Below are positions 9,613 through 19,353 of a DNA stretch of 64,000 nucleotides, piece by piece. Numbering within the stretch: position 1 is the stretch's first letter; the number at the start of each line of letters is the position of its first letter. The position numbers and the translations under genes were made by a program. The notes below the pieces were generated by a model. It did not search any database. It saw only the letters and a list, made by a program, of their open reading frames with translations, and was not told where the DNA came from. Origin of the DNA: Gemmatimonadota bacterium (GTDB lineage Bacteria > Gemmatimonadota > Gemmatimonadetes > Gemmatimonadales > GWC2-71-9); the NCBI GenBank assembly GCA_039591655.1, contig JBDHDE010000002.1, positions 32,001 to 96,000 of the forward strand, given 5' to 3'.

Positions 9613-10598
9613 CACCGAACCAGGACGCTCGCCCAGGTGAAGCCGCCGCCGAACGCCACGAAGAGCACCAGGGATCCCTCCTTGATGCGCCCGCTCCGCA
9701 CGCACTCGTCCAACGCGATGGGGATGGAGGCAGCCGACGTGTTGCCGTAGCGGTCCACGTTCACGTAGACCTTGTCCATCGGGACGTGCGCATGCTTTGC
9801 CGTGGCTTCGATGATGCGGATGTTGGCCTGGTGCGGGATGAGGAGATCCACCTCCTCACCGCTCACCCCGGCTTGCTCCAACGCCCGGTCGCACGCGTCG
9901 GCCATCGAGCGCACGGCGTTCTTGAACACTTCCCGCCCGGCCATCCTGATGAAGTAGCTGCCCTCGTCGAGCATCTGCTGGTCCGGCGGATGATTACCCC
10001 CGCCGCCGGGGCGGTACAACAGCTCGCCCAACCTGCCGTCGGTCTTGAGGTACGTCGCGAGTATGCCGCGCTGGCCGTTCTCCGCAGGCTGCACCAGTGT
10101 CGCACCGGCGCCATCGCCGAACAGCACGCACGTGGTACGGTCGGTGTAGTCGGCGATGGTGGAGAGCCGGTCGCCGCCCACGACCAGGACGTTCTGTGCA
10201 GTCCGGCTCGTGACCATGCCTTCGGCGACCGACAGGCCGTACAGGAACCCGCTGCAAGCGGCGGCGATGTCGAAGGCCGCCGCGTTGGTGGCCCCCAGCT
10301 CCTTCTGGATATCGCACGCCGTGGAAGGCAGGAAGCGGTCGGGGCTGGCCGTGCCCACCACGATGCCGTCCACATCGAGCGGCGTCAGGCCCGCCGTCTC
10401 CAGCACCTGTTCGCAGGCGGCGGATCCCATGTATGCCAGGGTCTCGTGCTTCTCGGCAATGCGCCGCTCGCGGATTCCGCTACGCTCCCTGATCCACTCG
10501 TCCGATGTGTCGAGGATGCGCTCGAAGTAGGCGTTGTCCAGGATCTTGTCCGGGGTGTACCGCCCCGTCCCCACGAGCTGGACGAAGGGCCGCTTCAC
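9609..10598 (-). CDS. fabH: 3-oxoacyl-ACP synthase III
   Basis: AACSGF, PHQANIRI, GNTSAASIP and FGGGFTW motifs. Confidence 0.95.
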   Translation of the reverse strand: MKRPFVQLVGTGRYTPDKILDNAYFERILDTSDEWIRERSGIRERRIAEKHETLAYMGSAACEQVLETAGLTPLDVDGIVVGTASPDRFLPSTACDIQKELGATNAAAFDIAAACSGFLYGLSVAEGMVTSRTAQNVLVVGGDRLSTIADYTDRTTCVLFGDGAGATLVQPAENGQRGILATYLKTDGRLGELLYRPGGGGNHPPDQQMLDEGSYFIRMAGREVFKNAVRSMADACDRALEQAGVSGEEVDLLIPHQANIRIIEATAKHAHVPMDKVYVNVDRYGNTSAASIPIALDECVRSGRIKEGSLVLFVAFGGGFTWASVLVRW

Positions 10599-11587
10599 GC
10601 TACCGCCCCGCCGCCGGCCATCTCCGCGGCGATGTGCTGGCTGAGATGCGCCTTCACGGCGTGCACCGCGACGCCGATGGCGTTCTTGATGGCCCGGGCC
10701 GGTGACTGGCCGTGGCAGATGATGGCGACGCCGCGCACGCCCAGCAGCGGCGCTCCGCCGTACTCGGCATAGTCGAGAACTTTAAACACTCGCTGCATAC
10801 CCTCGCCTTGCAGGACCTCTTGCTCCACTTCCCGCTTCAGGAACTCCTCGAACAGGTGGGCGATCGTCTCCGAGAACTTGAGCAGGACGTTCCCCACAAA
10901 GCCGTCGCACACGACGACGTCGACCTGGCCGCTCAGGATGTCGCGGCCCTCCACGTTGCCCACAAAACTGAATCCCGCTGCCTCCCTCACCAGCTCGAAG
11001 GCGGCGCGCACCGCTTCGTTGCCCTTGTCCTCCTCCTCACCGATGTTGAGCAACCCGACCGATGGGTTCCCGCGGTCCAGCACGTCTCGGGCGTACACCG
11101 CCCCGATGTGGGCGAAGCCCAGGAGCTCGCGCGGCGTGCAGTCTACGTTGGCGCCCGCGTCCAGCACGAGAGTCGGTTGGCCGCGGGAGGGCAGGACCGC
11201 TCCGATCGCCGGCCGCTCCACTCCAGCGTGCAGCCCCAGTAGCAGCGTGCTGCCCGCCATGATGGCGCCGGTGTTACCGGCTGAGATGAACGCATCGGCC
11301 TCCCCAGCCTTCTGCAATTCCAGCCCGACTCGAATTGATGACTTCCGCTTCGACCGGATGGCGGCCAGCGGCTTGTCGCCCATCTCGATGACCTCAGGCG
11401 CATCCACCACGCGAAGGCGGTCGGGGGGCGCGTCGTGGGAGGCGAGCGCCGCCTCCACCTCCGCCTTTCGACCCACCAGTTGGATCTCGCAGGACTCGGG
11501 AAGCTGCTGCAGGGCCTCCACCGCCCCCGCCACCGGGACGTGCGGGGCGAAGTCCCCTCCCATGGCGTCCAACGCGATCCGGATCAC
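10595..11587 (-). CDS. plsX: Phosphate acyltransferase PlsX
   Basis: IALDAMGGD, SAGNTGA, GNVEGRD, VCDGFVGN and GGAPLLG motifs. Confidence 0.95.
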   Translation of the reverse strand: MIRIALDAMGGDFAPHVPVAGAVEALQQLPESCEIQLVGRKAEVEAALASHDAPPDRLRVVDAPEVIEMGDKPLAAIRSKRKSSIRVGLELQKAGEADAFISAGNTGAIMAGSTLLLGLHAGVERPAIGAVLPSRGQPTLVLDAGANVDCTPRELLGFAHIGAVYARDVLDRGNPSVGLLNIGEEEDKGNEAVRAAFELVREAAGFSFVGNVEGRDILSGQVDVVVCDGFVGNVLLKFSETIAHLFEEFLKREVEQEVLQGEGMQRVFKVLDYAEYGGAPLLGVRGVAIICHGQSPARAIKNAIGVAVHAVKAHLSQHIAAEMAGGGAVA

Positions 11588-11589
11588 GC

Positions 11590-11772
11590 TCAGGCCTCCT
11601 CGACCTCGATGCGCCTTTCCTCTCCGTAGTACCCGCAGCTCGGGCACACCCGGTGCGGACGCCGGGGATCGCCGCAGCGGGGGCATGGCTGGATGGCCGC
11701 TGTCGGCGCCTTGTGATGCGTGCGGCGCTTCCGCTTACGGCTCTTCGAAGTTCGACGCTTGGGAACTGCCAT
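11590..11772 (-). CDS. rpmF: 50S ribosomal protein L32 (Zn-binding form)
   Basis: [25 protein letters not shown]. Confidence 0.97.
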   Translation of the reverse strand: MAVPKRRTSKSRKRKRRTHHKAPTAAIQPCPRCGDPRRPHRVCPSCGYYGEERRIEVEEA

Positions 11773-11774
11773 GG

Positions 11775-12290
11775 CTACCTCTCCTCATCGGGCCGTTGCT
11801 GCTTCAGCGCCTCCAGCTTCGCCCAGCGTGGATCGGGCTCGGGGCTACAGGAGCACGGGCCCTCGTTCAAGTCGTTGCCGCACTGCGGGCACAACCCGCG
11901 GCAATCCTCCCGGCAGAGCACGTACGGCGGCACCGCCAGGATCAGCTCTTCGCGCACCATCTCGCCGAGCTCCAGCTCGGTGGCCTGGGGCGGCACCGGG
12001 TAGGCTGCCGCGTCGTCGGCCCCGGCCTCTTCCGTGAAGAGCACCCGGAGCTCCGGTGCCACCTCCACGGAGACGTCGGCCAGACAGCGGCGGCAGCTGG
12101 CCGCCACCCGCGTACTCAGGGTCCCGTGCCAGTAGTAGCGCCCGGGACCACTCTCCATGAGCCGCCCGCGGATCCTCACGGAATCCGCGAGGACGAACTC
12201 CGCATCAGCGAGAAGTGGGTCGTCCGCTGCCACGACCCCTTGGGTCTCGATGGGGCCTTCGTCGAGCGCGCGCAAATCAACGCGCAACAT
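11775..12290 (-). CDS. yceD: YceD/DUF177 family protein
   Basis: [26 protein letters not shown]; directly upstream of rpmF. Confidence 0.9.
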   Translation of the reverse strand: MLRVDLRALDEGPIETQGVVAADDPLLADAEFVLADSVRIRGRLMESGPGRYYWHGTLSTRVAASCRRCLADVSVEVAPELRVLFTEEAGADDAAAYPVPPQATELELGEMVREELILAVPPYVLCREDCRGLCPQCGNDLNEGPCSCSPEPDPRWAKLEALKQQRPDEER

Positions 12291-12298
12291 AGCCGTTA

Positions 12299-12327
12299 AA
12301 CCTATCCGAGGCCTATAGTTGCGTCAA
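12299..12327 (-). promoter_or_regulatory. sigma70-type promoter of the yceD-rpmF-plsX-fab operon
   Basis: TTGACG-17 bp-TAGGTT, ending 8 nt before the yceD ATG. Confidence 0.65.
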
Positions 12328-12758
12328 CGCGCGCCGCTTCCCCAGAGGTTCCGGAGCTCGGCCTCCGGAAAGAAGAAGCCAATCTCCCGCGCAGCGTTCT
12401 CCTGCGAGTCGGACGCGTGGATGGCGTTGCGCTCCTTGTTCTCCGCGTAGAGCTGCCGGACGGTGCCTGCCGCGGCCTCCGCGGGGTCGGTCGCGCCGAT
12501 CACGGTGCGGAGGTGGGCGACTGCGTCGTCCCGCTCCAGCACCATCGGCAGGCAGGGCCCGGACGTCATGAACCGGACCAGGGCGCCGTAGAACGGCCGC
12601 TCCCGATGCACCTCGTAAAACGCCTCCGCCTCGGACTGGGAGAGCCTCACCAGCCTGGCAGCCCGGACCGTGAACCCCGCCTCCTCGAGATGGGCCAGGA
12701 TCTTGCCGGCGGTGCCGACATCCAGGGCATCCGGCTTGATGATCGCGAGTGTCTGCAT
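12324..12758 (-). CDS. ndk: Nucleoside diphosphate kinase
   Basis: TLAIIKPD, FYEVH, MTSGP, IGATDP and RNAIHASDS motifs. Confidence 0.95.
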   Translation of the reverse strand: MQTLAIIKPDALDVGTAGKILAHLEEAGFTVRAARLVRLSQSEAEAFYEVHRERPFYGALVRFMTSGPCLPMVLERDDAVAHLRTVIGATDPAEAAAGTVRQLYAENKERNAIHASDSQENAAREIGFFFPEAELRNLWGSGAR

Positions 12759-12787
12759 GTACGACGTGTGGTTGATGGTTGGCGGCC

Positions 12788-12796
12788 AATATACCA
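12788..12796 (-). promoter_or_regulatory. Extended -10 promoter element upstream of ndk
   Basis: TGGTATATT (TGn-TATATT) about 30 nt upstream of the ATG, in an intergenic gap. Confidence 0.45.
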
Positions 12797-12856
12797 CGGC
12801 CCGCAAGTCCGGTACGCGGCGCCCACCGCGGCGTGCGACCGCTCAGCGCCCCCCGC

Positions 12857-13759
12857 CTAGCGTCCCATGAGACGCCGCACTATGTCGCCCCGTGTCAGGA
12901 AACCCACGAGCGCTCCCTCTCGCACCACGGGAAACCGCTCGATGTTGCGGTTGAGCATCATCGTGGCGACTTCGGCCACCGTCTGATCCTCCGAAACGCA
13001 GAGGACGCTGCGGTCCATGACGTCCCGCACCGGCATGGTGTGTGGGTCGACGCCGGCGCCCGCCCCCCGGGGCATGGCACGGAACTCCCCGCTGCTGAGG
13101 CGCTTCACGTACAGCGGCAGGAGGTAGCGCAGCAGCTCACGGTGCGTGATGACCCCCAACACCTCGCCCGTCTCCGACACCACCGGCAAGGCCGCTACAT
13201 CGTGGGCCACCATTAGGCGCGACGCCTCCCCCAGGGGAGTATCGGGCCGGACCGAGAGCCGTCTACGCATCATCACGTCACGCACCGTCAGGTGCCCCGG
13301 CAGCGTCAGGTCGGCCAGCGGCGCCGCCTGGAGCACGTCCTCGGGGCGCTCGGCGGAGAGAATGGCGTCGATCACCTCCTGACGGCTCAGGGCCCGCGCG
13401 AAGGCACTGATGGCCTGGAGGTGCGCCGAGCTCTCCCGCGGCGGCGCGGCGATGAGGATCACGACCCGCGCCTCCTTCGGCTCTCCATCCCCGGAGTGCT
13501 TGATCGGCCGGGCCGCCACCCCGAGGGCGGCGGCCAGCTTCTTCACCGCATCCGTGCGGTAGTGCAGCAGGAACGCCTGCCCGACCGGGACGATCTCCTT
13601 GGGCAGCGCGCCGCGGACCATCTCGTGAAGCTTGTCCGGTTCCGCGACGACGCCCGCGTCGATCAGCGCGTCGGTGAGCCGGGACGCGGCCTCCCGCACC
13701 TTGGCGGTCTCCAGCGGCACCACAACACGGTCCCGGTCCAACAGCTCAATCAGTTTCAT
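12857..13759 (-). CDS. PTS EIIA(Ntr/Fru)-like domain fused to a CBS pair
   Basis: N-terminal half EIIA-like (MKLIELL, LLHYRT, AALGV, IILIAAP-type strand, HLQAIS); C-terminal half has two CBS repeats (VRDVM, LPVV, GVIT; VRDVM, FPVV, GFLTRGD). Confidence 0.75.
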   Translation of the reverse strand: MKLIELLDRDRVVVPLETAKVREAASRLTDALIDAGVVAEPDKLHEMVRGALPKEIVPVGQAFLLHYRTDAVKKLAAALGVAARPIKHSGDGEPKEARVVILIAAPPRESSAHLQAISAFARALSRQEVIDAILSAERPEDVLQAAPLADLTLPGHLTVRDVMMRRRLSVRPDTPLGEASRLMVAHDVAALPVVSETGEVLGVITHRELLRYLLPLYVKRLSSGEFRAMPRGAGAGVDPHTMPVRDVMDRSVLCVSEDQTVAEVATMMLNRNIERFPVVREGALVGFLTRGDIVRRLMGR

Positions 13760-13763
13760 GGCG

Positions 13764-14636
13764 CTAGACCCGTTCTTGCTTGAGCAGCGAGACGACCTCG
13801 GCCGGCCGATCCATCACGCCGATACCGGCCCGCTCGAAGGCCGCGATCTTCTCCTCGGCGGTGCCCGCCGAGCCGGAAATGATGGCTCCGGCATGCCCCA
13901 TGCGCCGGCCGGGCGGTGCCGTCCGGCCGGCAATGAAGCCTACGACGGGCTTCTTGACGTGCTGCGACACGTACTCGGCGGCCTGCTGCTCGTCGGTGCC
14001 TCCGATCTCGCCGATCACGACGATGGCCTCCGTTTCCGGATCCGCCTGGAATCCCTCGAGGCAGTCGATGAAGTTGGTGCCGATGATCGGGTCTCCCCCG
14101 ATGCCGATGCAGGTAGTCTGCCCCAGGCCGTTCTGCGTGAGGTGGTGGATCACCTCGTAGGTGAGGGTACCGCTGCGGGAGACGACCCCCACCACCCCCT
14201 GCCGGCAGATCTGACCCGGAATGATACCGACCTTCGACTTCCCGGGTGAGATGACGCCGGGGCAGTTGGGACCGATCAGCCGCGCTCCGCGCTCCCGGAG
14301 GAACGGCATGACGCGAGTCATGTCGAGGACCGGCAGCCCCTCGGTAATACACACGATCAACTCGATACCGGCGTCCGCCGCCTCGAAGACGGCGTCGGGC
14401 GCGAACCGGTCGGGCACGTACACTACGGACGCGTTGGCACCGGTCTGCGCCACCGCGTCGTGCACCGTATTGAACACGGGCACCTGATCGTCGAACCGCT
14501 GTCCACCCTTCCCGGGGGTCACGCCGGCAACTACTCGCGTGCCGTACTCCATCATCTGGCGCGTGTGGAACGAGCCGTCCCGCCCCGTGATGCCCTGCAC
14601 TACCAGCTTAGTGTTCTCGTCGATGAAGATGCTCAC
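13764..14636 (-). CDS. sucD: Succinyl-CoA synthetase alpha subunit
   Basis: [21 protein letters not shown] and MGHAGAI motifs. Confidence 0.97.
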   Translation of the reverse strand: MSIFIDENTKLVVQGITGRDGSFHTRQMMEYGTRVVAGVTPGKGGQRFDDQVPVFNTVHDAVAQTGANASVVYVPDRFAPDAVFEAADAGIELIVCITEGLPVLDMTRVMPFLRERGARLIGPNCPGVISPGKSKVGIIPGQICRQGVVGVVSRSGTLTYEVIHHLTQNGLGQTTCIGIGGDPIIGTNFIDCLEGFQADPETEAIVVIGEIGGTDEQQAAEYVSQHVKKPVVGFIAGRTAPPGRRMGHAGAIISGSAGTAEEKIAAFERAGIGVMDRPAEVVSLLKQERV

Positions 14637-15772
14637 GCCGCCTCCCGCGCCAGTTTCACCGCCTGCTGCACCGCCTCATCCATGTCGGTGAGCGCCTCGA
14701 AGCCTGCCTCCTTCAGGATGTCGACCGCCAGATCCTCGTTCGTGCCCGTAAGGCGAATCACCATGGGACGGTCGAGCCGCACCTGCTTCGTCCCCTCCAC
14801 GATGCCGTTCGCAACGTCATCGCACCGCGTGATGCCGCCGAAGATGTTGAATAGAATGCTCTTCGCACTGCGATCGCTGGAGATGATCCTGAGAGCCGTC
14901 ACGACCTTCTCCGGGCTGCTGCTGCCCCCGATGTCCAGGAAGTTGGCGGGTTCGCCACCGTAGTACTTCACCAGGTCCATCGTCGCCATCGCCAGCCCGG
15001 CGCCATTCACACAGCATCCCACGTCTCCGTCGAGCTTGATGTAGGAGAGGCCCGCGTCCCGGGCTTCCACCTCGTACGGGTCCTCGGCGGTGAGATCGCG
15101 CAATCCCGCGATGGTGGGACGGCGCTCCAGCTCGTTGTCGTCCACGACCAGCTTGGCGTCGAGCGCCACCACCGCGCCATCCGGCGTGGTGATGAGCGGA
15201 TTGATCTCGGCCAGCGAGCCCCCGGCATCGGCAAAGGCCCGGAACAGCTGCTGCATGATCTTCGCGGCCTGGCGAACCTGCCCGACGTCGTCGTACAGCT
15301 TGAACGCCAGCTCCATCGCCTGATGCGGCAGCAGCCCGTACCGCGGATCGACGGGCGCCTTGAAGATCTTCTCCGGCGTCTTCGCCGCCACCTCCTCGAT
15401 GTCCACACCGCCAGCCGGGCTCACCATCATCACGGGCCTTTGGGAAGCCCGGTCGACGATGACGCCCACGTAGCTCTCCGAGGCGATCTCGCAAGCCGGT
15501 ACCACGAGCACCTTCTCCACCGTCAGACCCTTGATCTGCATCCCTAGGATCTCACCCGCGTGCCGCTTCGCCTCGGCAGGGGTCTTCGCGAGCTTCACAC
15601 CTCCGGCCTTTCCTCGTCCGCCCGCGTGCACCTGCGCCTTCACGACCACCGCTCCGCCCATGCGGCTCGCAATCGCCTCCACCTCGTCCGGCGTCCGCCC
15701 CACTTCGCCGTCGGGCACCGGAATGCCCGCAGCCTTCAGCAGTGCGCGCGCTTGATACTCGTGAAGATTCAC
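14633..15772 (-). CDS. sucC: Succinyl-CoA synthetase beta subunit
   Basis: Starts (V)[32 protein letters not shown] and NFLDIGG motifs. Confidence 0.97.
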   Translation of the reverse strand: MNLHEYQARALLKAAGIPVPDGEVGRTPDEVEAIASRMGGAVVVKAQVHAGGRGKAGGVKLAKTPAEAKRHAGEILGMQIKGLTVEKVLVVPACEIASESYVGVIVDRASQRPVMMVSPAGGVDIEEVAAKTPEKIFKAPVDPRYGLLPHQAMELAFKLYDDVGQVRQAAKIMQQLFRAFADAGGSLAEINPLITTPDGAVVALDAKLVVDDNELERRPTIAGLRDLTAEDPYEVEARDAGLSYIKLDGDVGCCVNGAGLAMATMDLVKYYGGEPANFLDIGGSSSPEKVVTALRIISSDRSAKSILFNIFGGITRCDDVANGIVEGTKQVRLDRPMVIRLTGTNEDLAVDILKEAGFEALTDMDEAVQQAVKLAREAA

Positions 15773-16725
15773 GCTGGATCTCCTGTAATCGTCGTTCCCG
15801 TCTCGCCACGGATGGCCGCGAGCCCGTCCGCCAGGTGTGCGATGATCGCGCGACTGCCCCCTCCACGCAGGAACGCCACCGATGCCTCGATCTTGGGCCG
15901 CATGCTCCCGACACCCAGCTCCCCACCGGCGAGCAGCTCTTCCGCCTCCCCCAGGGAAACATGGCGCAGCGGCTCGCCCTGCGGTGTGCCCCACCCGCGA
16001 TAGACCGCGTCAACATCCGTGAGAATCAACAACGTATCGGCACCGAGGCGGCCGGCCAGAATGGCCGCCACCCGGTCCTTGTCCACCACCGCGTCGACAC
16101 CTTCCCAATAGAGTTGCTCATCGAAGTAAACCGGGGCGCCGCCGCCCCCGGCAGCAATCACGATCTTGCCCTCCTTCACAAGCTGCCGCACGGCGTCCGC
16201 CTCCACGACATCCGTCGGCTCCGGACTCGGGGCCAGGCGCCGCCAGTACCCGGCGCCGTCCTGCCCCACCGTCACCCCGCGTCCACGCAGGCGCTCCACC
16301 GTGCCCGGGCTAAGGGCATGCCCCACCGGCTTAGTGGGCCGATCGAACCCCCCTGTGGAGCGGTCCAGGGCCGTCTGGGTGATGACCGAGAGCACGTCCC
16401 GCCGGACGCCCGCTTTGAGCAGGGCGTTCTGCAGCGACTGCTGGATCATATAGCCGATCCACCCGGCCGTGGCCGCCACCAACACCCCCAGAGGCAGGGG
16501 AGCCACGCGGTCGTGCGCCAGCTCGTTCCGTTCCAGCTCGTCCCCAACCTGCGGCCCGTTACCGTGCACGATGGCAATGTGCCACCCCTCCCGAGCGAGT
16601 GAGACCACCGCATTGAGGGATGCGCGCGTGTGCCGAAACTGGTCGTGGATGGTCGCCCGCTCACCGGGGGGTGCCAGCGCGTTCCCGCCGAGGGCGACGA
16701 CAATGGTGCCGGGCGAAGCAGTCAC
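15769..16725 (-). CDS. arcC: Carbamate kinase
   Basis: VALGGNAL, HGNGPQVG, PTKPVG, AVVDKD, LTDVDAV and GSMRPKI motifs. Confidence 0.92.
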   Translation of the reverse strand: MTASPGTIVVALGGNALAPPGERATIHDQFRHTRASLNAVVSLAREGWHIAIVHGNGPQVGDELERNELAHDRVAPLPLGVLVAATAGWIGYMIQQSLQNALLKAGVRRDVLSVITQTALDRSTGGFDRPTKPVGHALSPGTVERLRGRGVTVGQDGAGYWRRLAPSPEPTDVVEADAVRQLVKEGKIVIAAGGGGAPVYFDEQLYWEGVDAVVDKDRVAAILAGRLGADTLLILTDVDAVYRGWGTPQGEPLRHVSLGEAEELLAGGELGVGSMRPKIEASVAFLRGGGSRAIIAHLADGLAAIRGETGTTITGDPA

Positions 16726-16769
16726 GGGACGTGCAAGCTACTCTGCGCCATGATGGCCAGCAACCCGAC

Positions 16770-19349
16770 TCACGGCACCGAATCGGTGCCGCCGGTGAGT
16801 ATGCGGCGGAGTTCTTCGTAGGCCCGCCCGAACGCTGTCCAGTCACCCGAGCGGCGCGCGGCGTCCATGCGCTCGAACCACCGCCGCGCCTCTGCGCGCT
16901 CCGCCGCGGCCATGCCGAACGGCGAGGCTTCGGTCTCGACGCGGTCCAGCGCGCTGCGGACCGTGGGACCGCTTCCCACCTCCCGGCCCCAGCCCACCGC
17001 CACGTCCACTAGCTGGGGTGCCGCCTGTCCCTCCCCCGGTGAGGCATAGCTCACCTGCAGCGCCAGCACGCCGTTCTCGAAGGGCACCAGGCGCAGCGCA
17101 CCCTGCACTCCTATGGGATCGGCACGCAACCGGGTGAACAGCCGCGCCGCGCGTGTGGGCCCCGGTACCTCCAGCTCCGGCTCTATCTGAAGCAACGTCA
17201 GGGTGCTCGAGCCGCCACGCACAGTGGCGTCGACGATCCCCGCCAGAAACTCGGACTCTCCAGCCTCCAGGGCCGCCATGAGCCGCAGGCGCACCACCGA
17301 GTCGGCGGGCGTTCCACCCACCCACCAATAGGGCTCCACGCCACCCAACCGGCCCACTCCCATGGGCGCAGCGGGGGCCCCCAGGAGCGCGCCGGACGCC
17401 CCCCCGCTCTGCAGCAACCCCAGCTGAATGGCGAAGAGCTCCCTCGGATAGCGTAGGTGGGACGCCAGCTCGCCAGGCATCTGGCCGGCGGGCCGCACGA
17501 TCTCCGGGGCAATCTGGGCCCACGCCCGGCTCAACGGATCGGAATCGTCGGTGAGATACACCGCGGTCTCACCGGTGCTCGCCTCGACGACGCCTACGAG
17601 ACTGGATCGCAGGTAGCGCACCGTCTCCCGACGCCAGCGTGTCCGGGGCACCAGGGGGAACGCACGGGCCCGCACGTACCCAGTCGCCAGCCAGTAGAGG
17701 CGGCCATCGGCGACCACGGCGTGTGGCGCGGAGAACCGCGCGAAGGGCGCGTAGCGATCCAGCCGTCCGACGATGTCGCGGTGCCACAGGACGAGGGAGG
17801 TATCGGCCACGGCGTCCGACGTGACGAGCCGGGGACTCTGCAGCGACCAGGCCAGCGCCAACTGGCGCCACCAACTGCCGGCCGGCACGCCGGCAATCGC
17901 TCCACCCTGCGGCAGCACCGCGAAGTTTACCGCCCCGGGGCTGAACAGCACCCGCGGATCGTCGAGCATGAGCTCTTGCAGCCGGGGTCGGCCCGAGTCC
18001 GGTCGCTCGAGGTCGGTGACGAACAAGGGCAATCCCGTCTCCGAGATCCCATGCGCCTGGACCGCCACGGCGCCCGAGGCTGCGGCATACTCCCCGACGT
18101 GTACCCGCTCCCACGACAGGTCCACGGCGGCGTTGCGCGCCGCCGCCAGATCGACTTCCCGAGCCGCCACGTAGACCGGCACCGCGCGGCCCCGCGCGGT
18201 CCGATAGACACCCAGCGTCGCGTCGGTGACCCGGAGATGTTCCACCTGGGCTGCCGCGCGATTGAGGAACACGGTGACGGCGAAGGCGTCCCACAGGGGG
18301 CCGGCCTCCAGCTCGGCGCGGTGTTGCCGCACACTCGAGGGCTCGGGAGGGGCCCCGAGGTCCAGCATGGCATGTGAGCTCCCGGCGCCAAACGCCTCCC
18401 GCAGGAAGGCGGACCGGCTGGCCTCGACTTGCTCGAGGTGGAGCTCCTCCGGCGTGCGAACCGCACCCGCGAACGCCGGCACGAGATAGTGACCGGCGAA
18501 CGAAACGGCCGCGAGCAACGTCCACGGCACCACGACGACCGCAACCCGCCGGCTCCACATCCAGAAGAGCGACGCGCCCGCGGTGATCAGTGCGAGCACG
18601 CTGAGCATTCGCGCGACTGGGATTCGCACGCCGCTGAGTACCGTGTCGGCGGGGACGTCGTGGATCCCGGCCACGTACTCGGCCGGCTCCAGGCGGTATC
18701 CCCAGAACAGGGCCAGCGCGAAGGCGAGGAGGAGGCCTGCGAGGTGCCAGCGGGCCAGGTCGTTCACCCGCAGTCGGCGGCGACCGCCCCAGCGGATCGC
18801 GCCGACGGCCGCGTAGAGGACCGCCGTGATCCCGAGCATCACTCCGCTCAGCAGGGTGACGAAGGAGTGAATGGTGCGCTGCCAGGGAAGCTGATAGAGG
18901 TAGTAGCCGATGTCGCGCCCCAGCACGGGGTCCGTGACGCCCAGCGGCACATCGAATCCCGCCAGGGCCCGCGCATACCACCATCCATCGGCCCGATGGC
19001 TGAAGGCGATGGCAAGCAGCAGCCCCGCCGCGGCAGCGGCCACCAGCAGGTAGTGCCGCGGCACCGCCTCCAGGATCTCCAAGTTGCCCAGCCGGCGGGG
19101 AACGTGAACCGACCCGATGGAGCGGTAGACCAGGTAGAGGTTTCCGAGGCACCAGCTCGCCGCGGCGACGAAGGCTGTGAGCAACAGCATCGTCTGGAGC
19201 GACCGGACGTGAGCGTGGGTGGCGCCGACGCCCAGCGCTTCAGCCCACAGCGCGTCGGCGGTGGACACGGCCAGCCATCGCCCGCCGAGCAGGGCGATCA
19301 GCGCGGCCGCGACGGCCAGCTTCACCAGCCACTTGCCCCGCGGCCCCAT
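16770..19349 (-). CDS. UPF0182 family membrane protein
   Basis: About 860 aa, N-terminal TM cluster, DPVLGRDIGYYLYQLP, APF..PHAVVADGRLYW, YLRSSLVGVV, LRYPRELF, C-terminal GDWTAFG. Confidence 0.8.
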   Translation of the reverse strand: MGPRGKWLVKLAVAAALIALLGGRWLAVSTADALWAEALGVGATHAHVRSLQTMLLLTAFVAAASWCLGNLYLVYRSIGSVHVPRRLGNLEILEAVPRHYLLVAAAAAGLLLAIAFSHRADGWWYARALAGFDVPLGVTDPVLGRDIGYYLYQLPWQRTIHSFVTLLSGVMLGITAVLYAAVGAIRWGGRRRLRVNDLARWHLAGLLLAFALALFWGYRLEPAEYVAGIHDVPADTVLSGVRIPVARMLSVLALITAGASLFWMWSRRVAVVVVPWTLLAAVSFAGHYLVPAFAGAVRTPEELHLEQVEASRSAFLREAFGAGSSHAMLDLGAPPEPSSVRQHRAELEAGPLWDAFAVTVFLNRAAAQVEHLRVTDATLGVYRTARGRAVPVYVAAREVDLAAARNAAVDLSWERVHVGEYAAASGAVAVQAHGISETGLPLFVTDLERPDSGRPRLQELMLDDPRVLFSPGAVNFAVLPQGGAIAGVPAGSWWRQLALAWSLQSPRLVTSDAVADTSLVLWHRDIVGRLDRYAPFARFSAPHAVVADGRLYWLATGYVRARAFPLVPRTRWRRETVRYLRSSLVGVVEASTGETAVYLTDDSDPLSRAWAQIAPEIVRPAGQMPGELASHLRYPRELFAIQLGLLQSGGASGALLGAPAAPMGVGRLGGVEPYWWVGGTPADSVVRLRLMAALEAGESEFLAGIVDATVRGGSSTLTLLQIEPELEVPGPTRAARLFTRLRADPIGVQGALRLVPFENGVLALQVSYASPGEGQAAPQLVDVAVGWGREVGSGPTVRSALDRVETEASPFGMAAAERAEARRWFERMDAARRSGDWTAFGRAYEELRRILTGGTDSVP

Positions 19350-19353
19350 GGGC

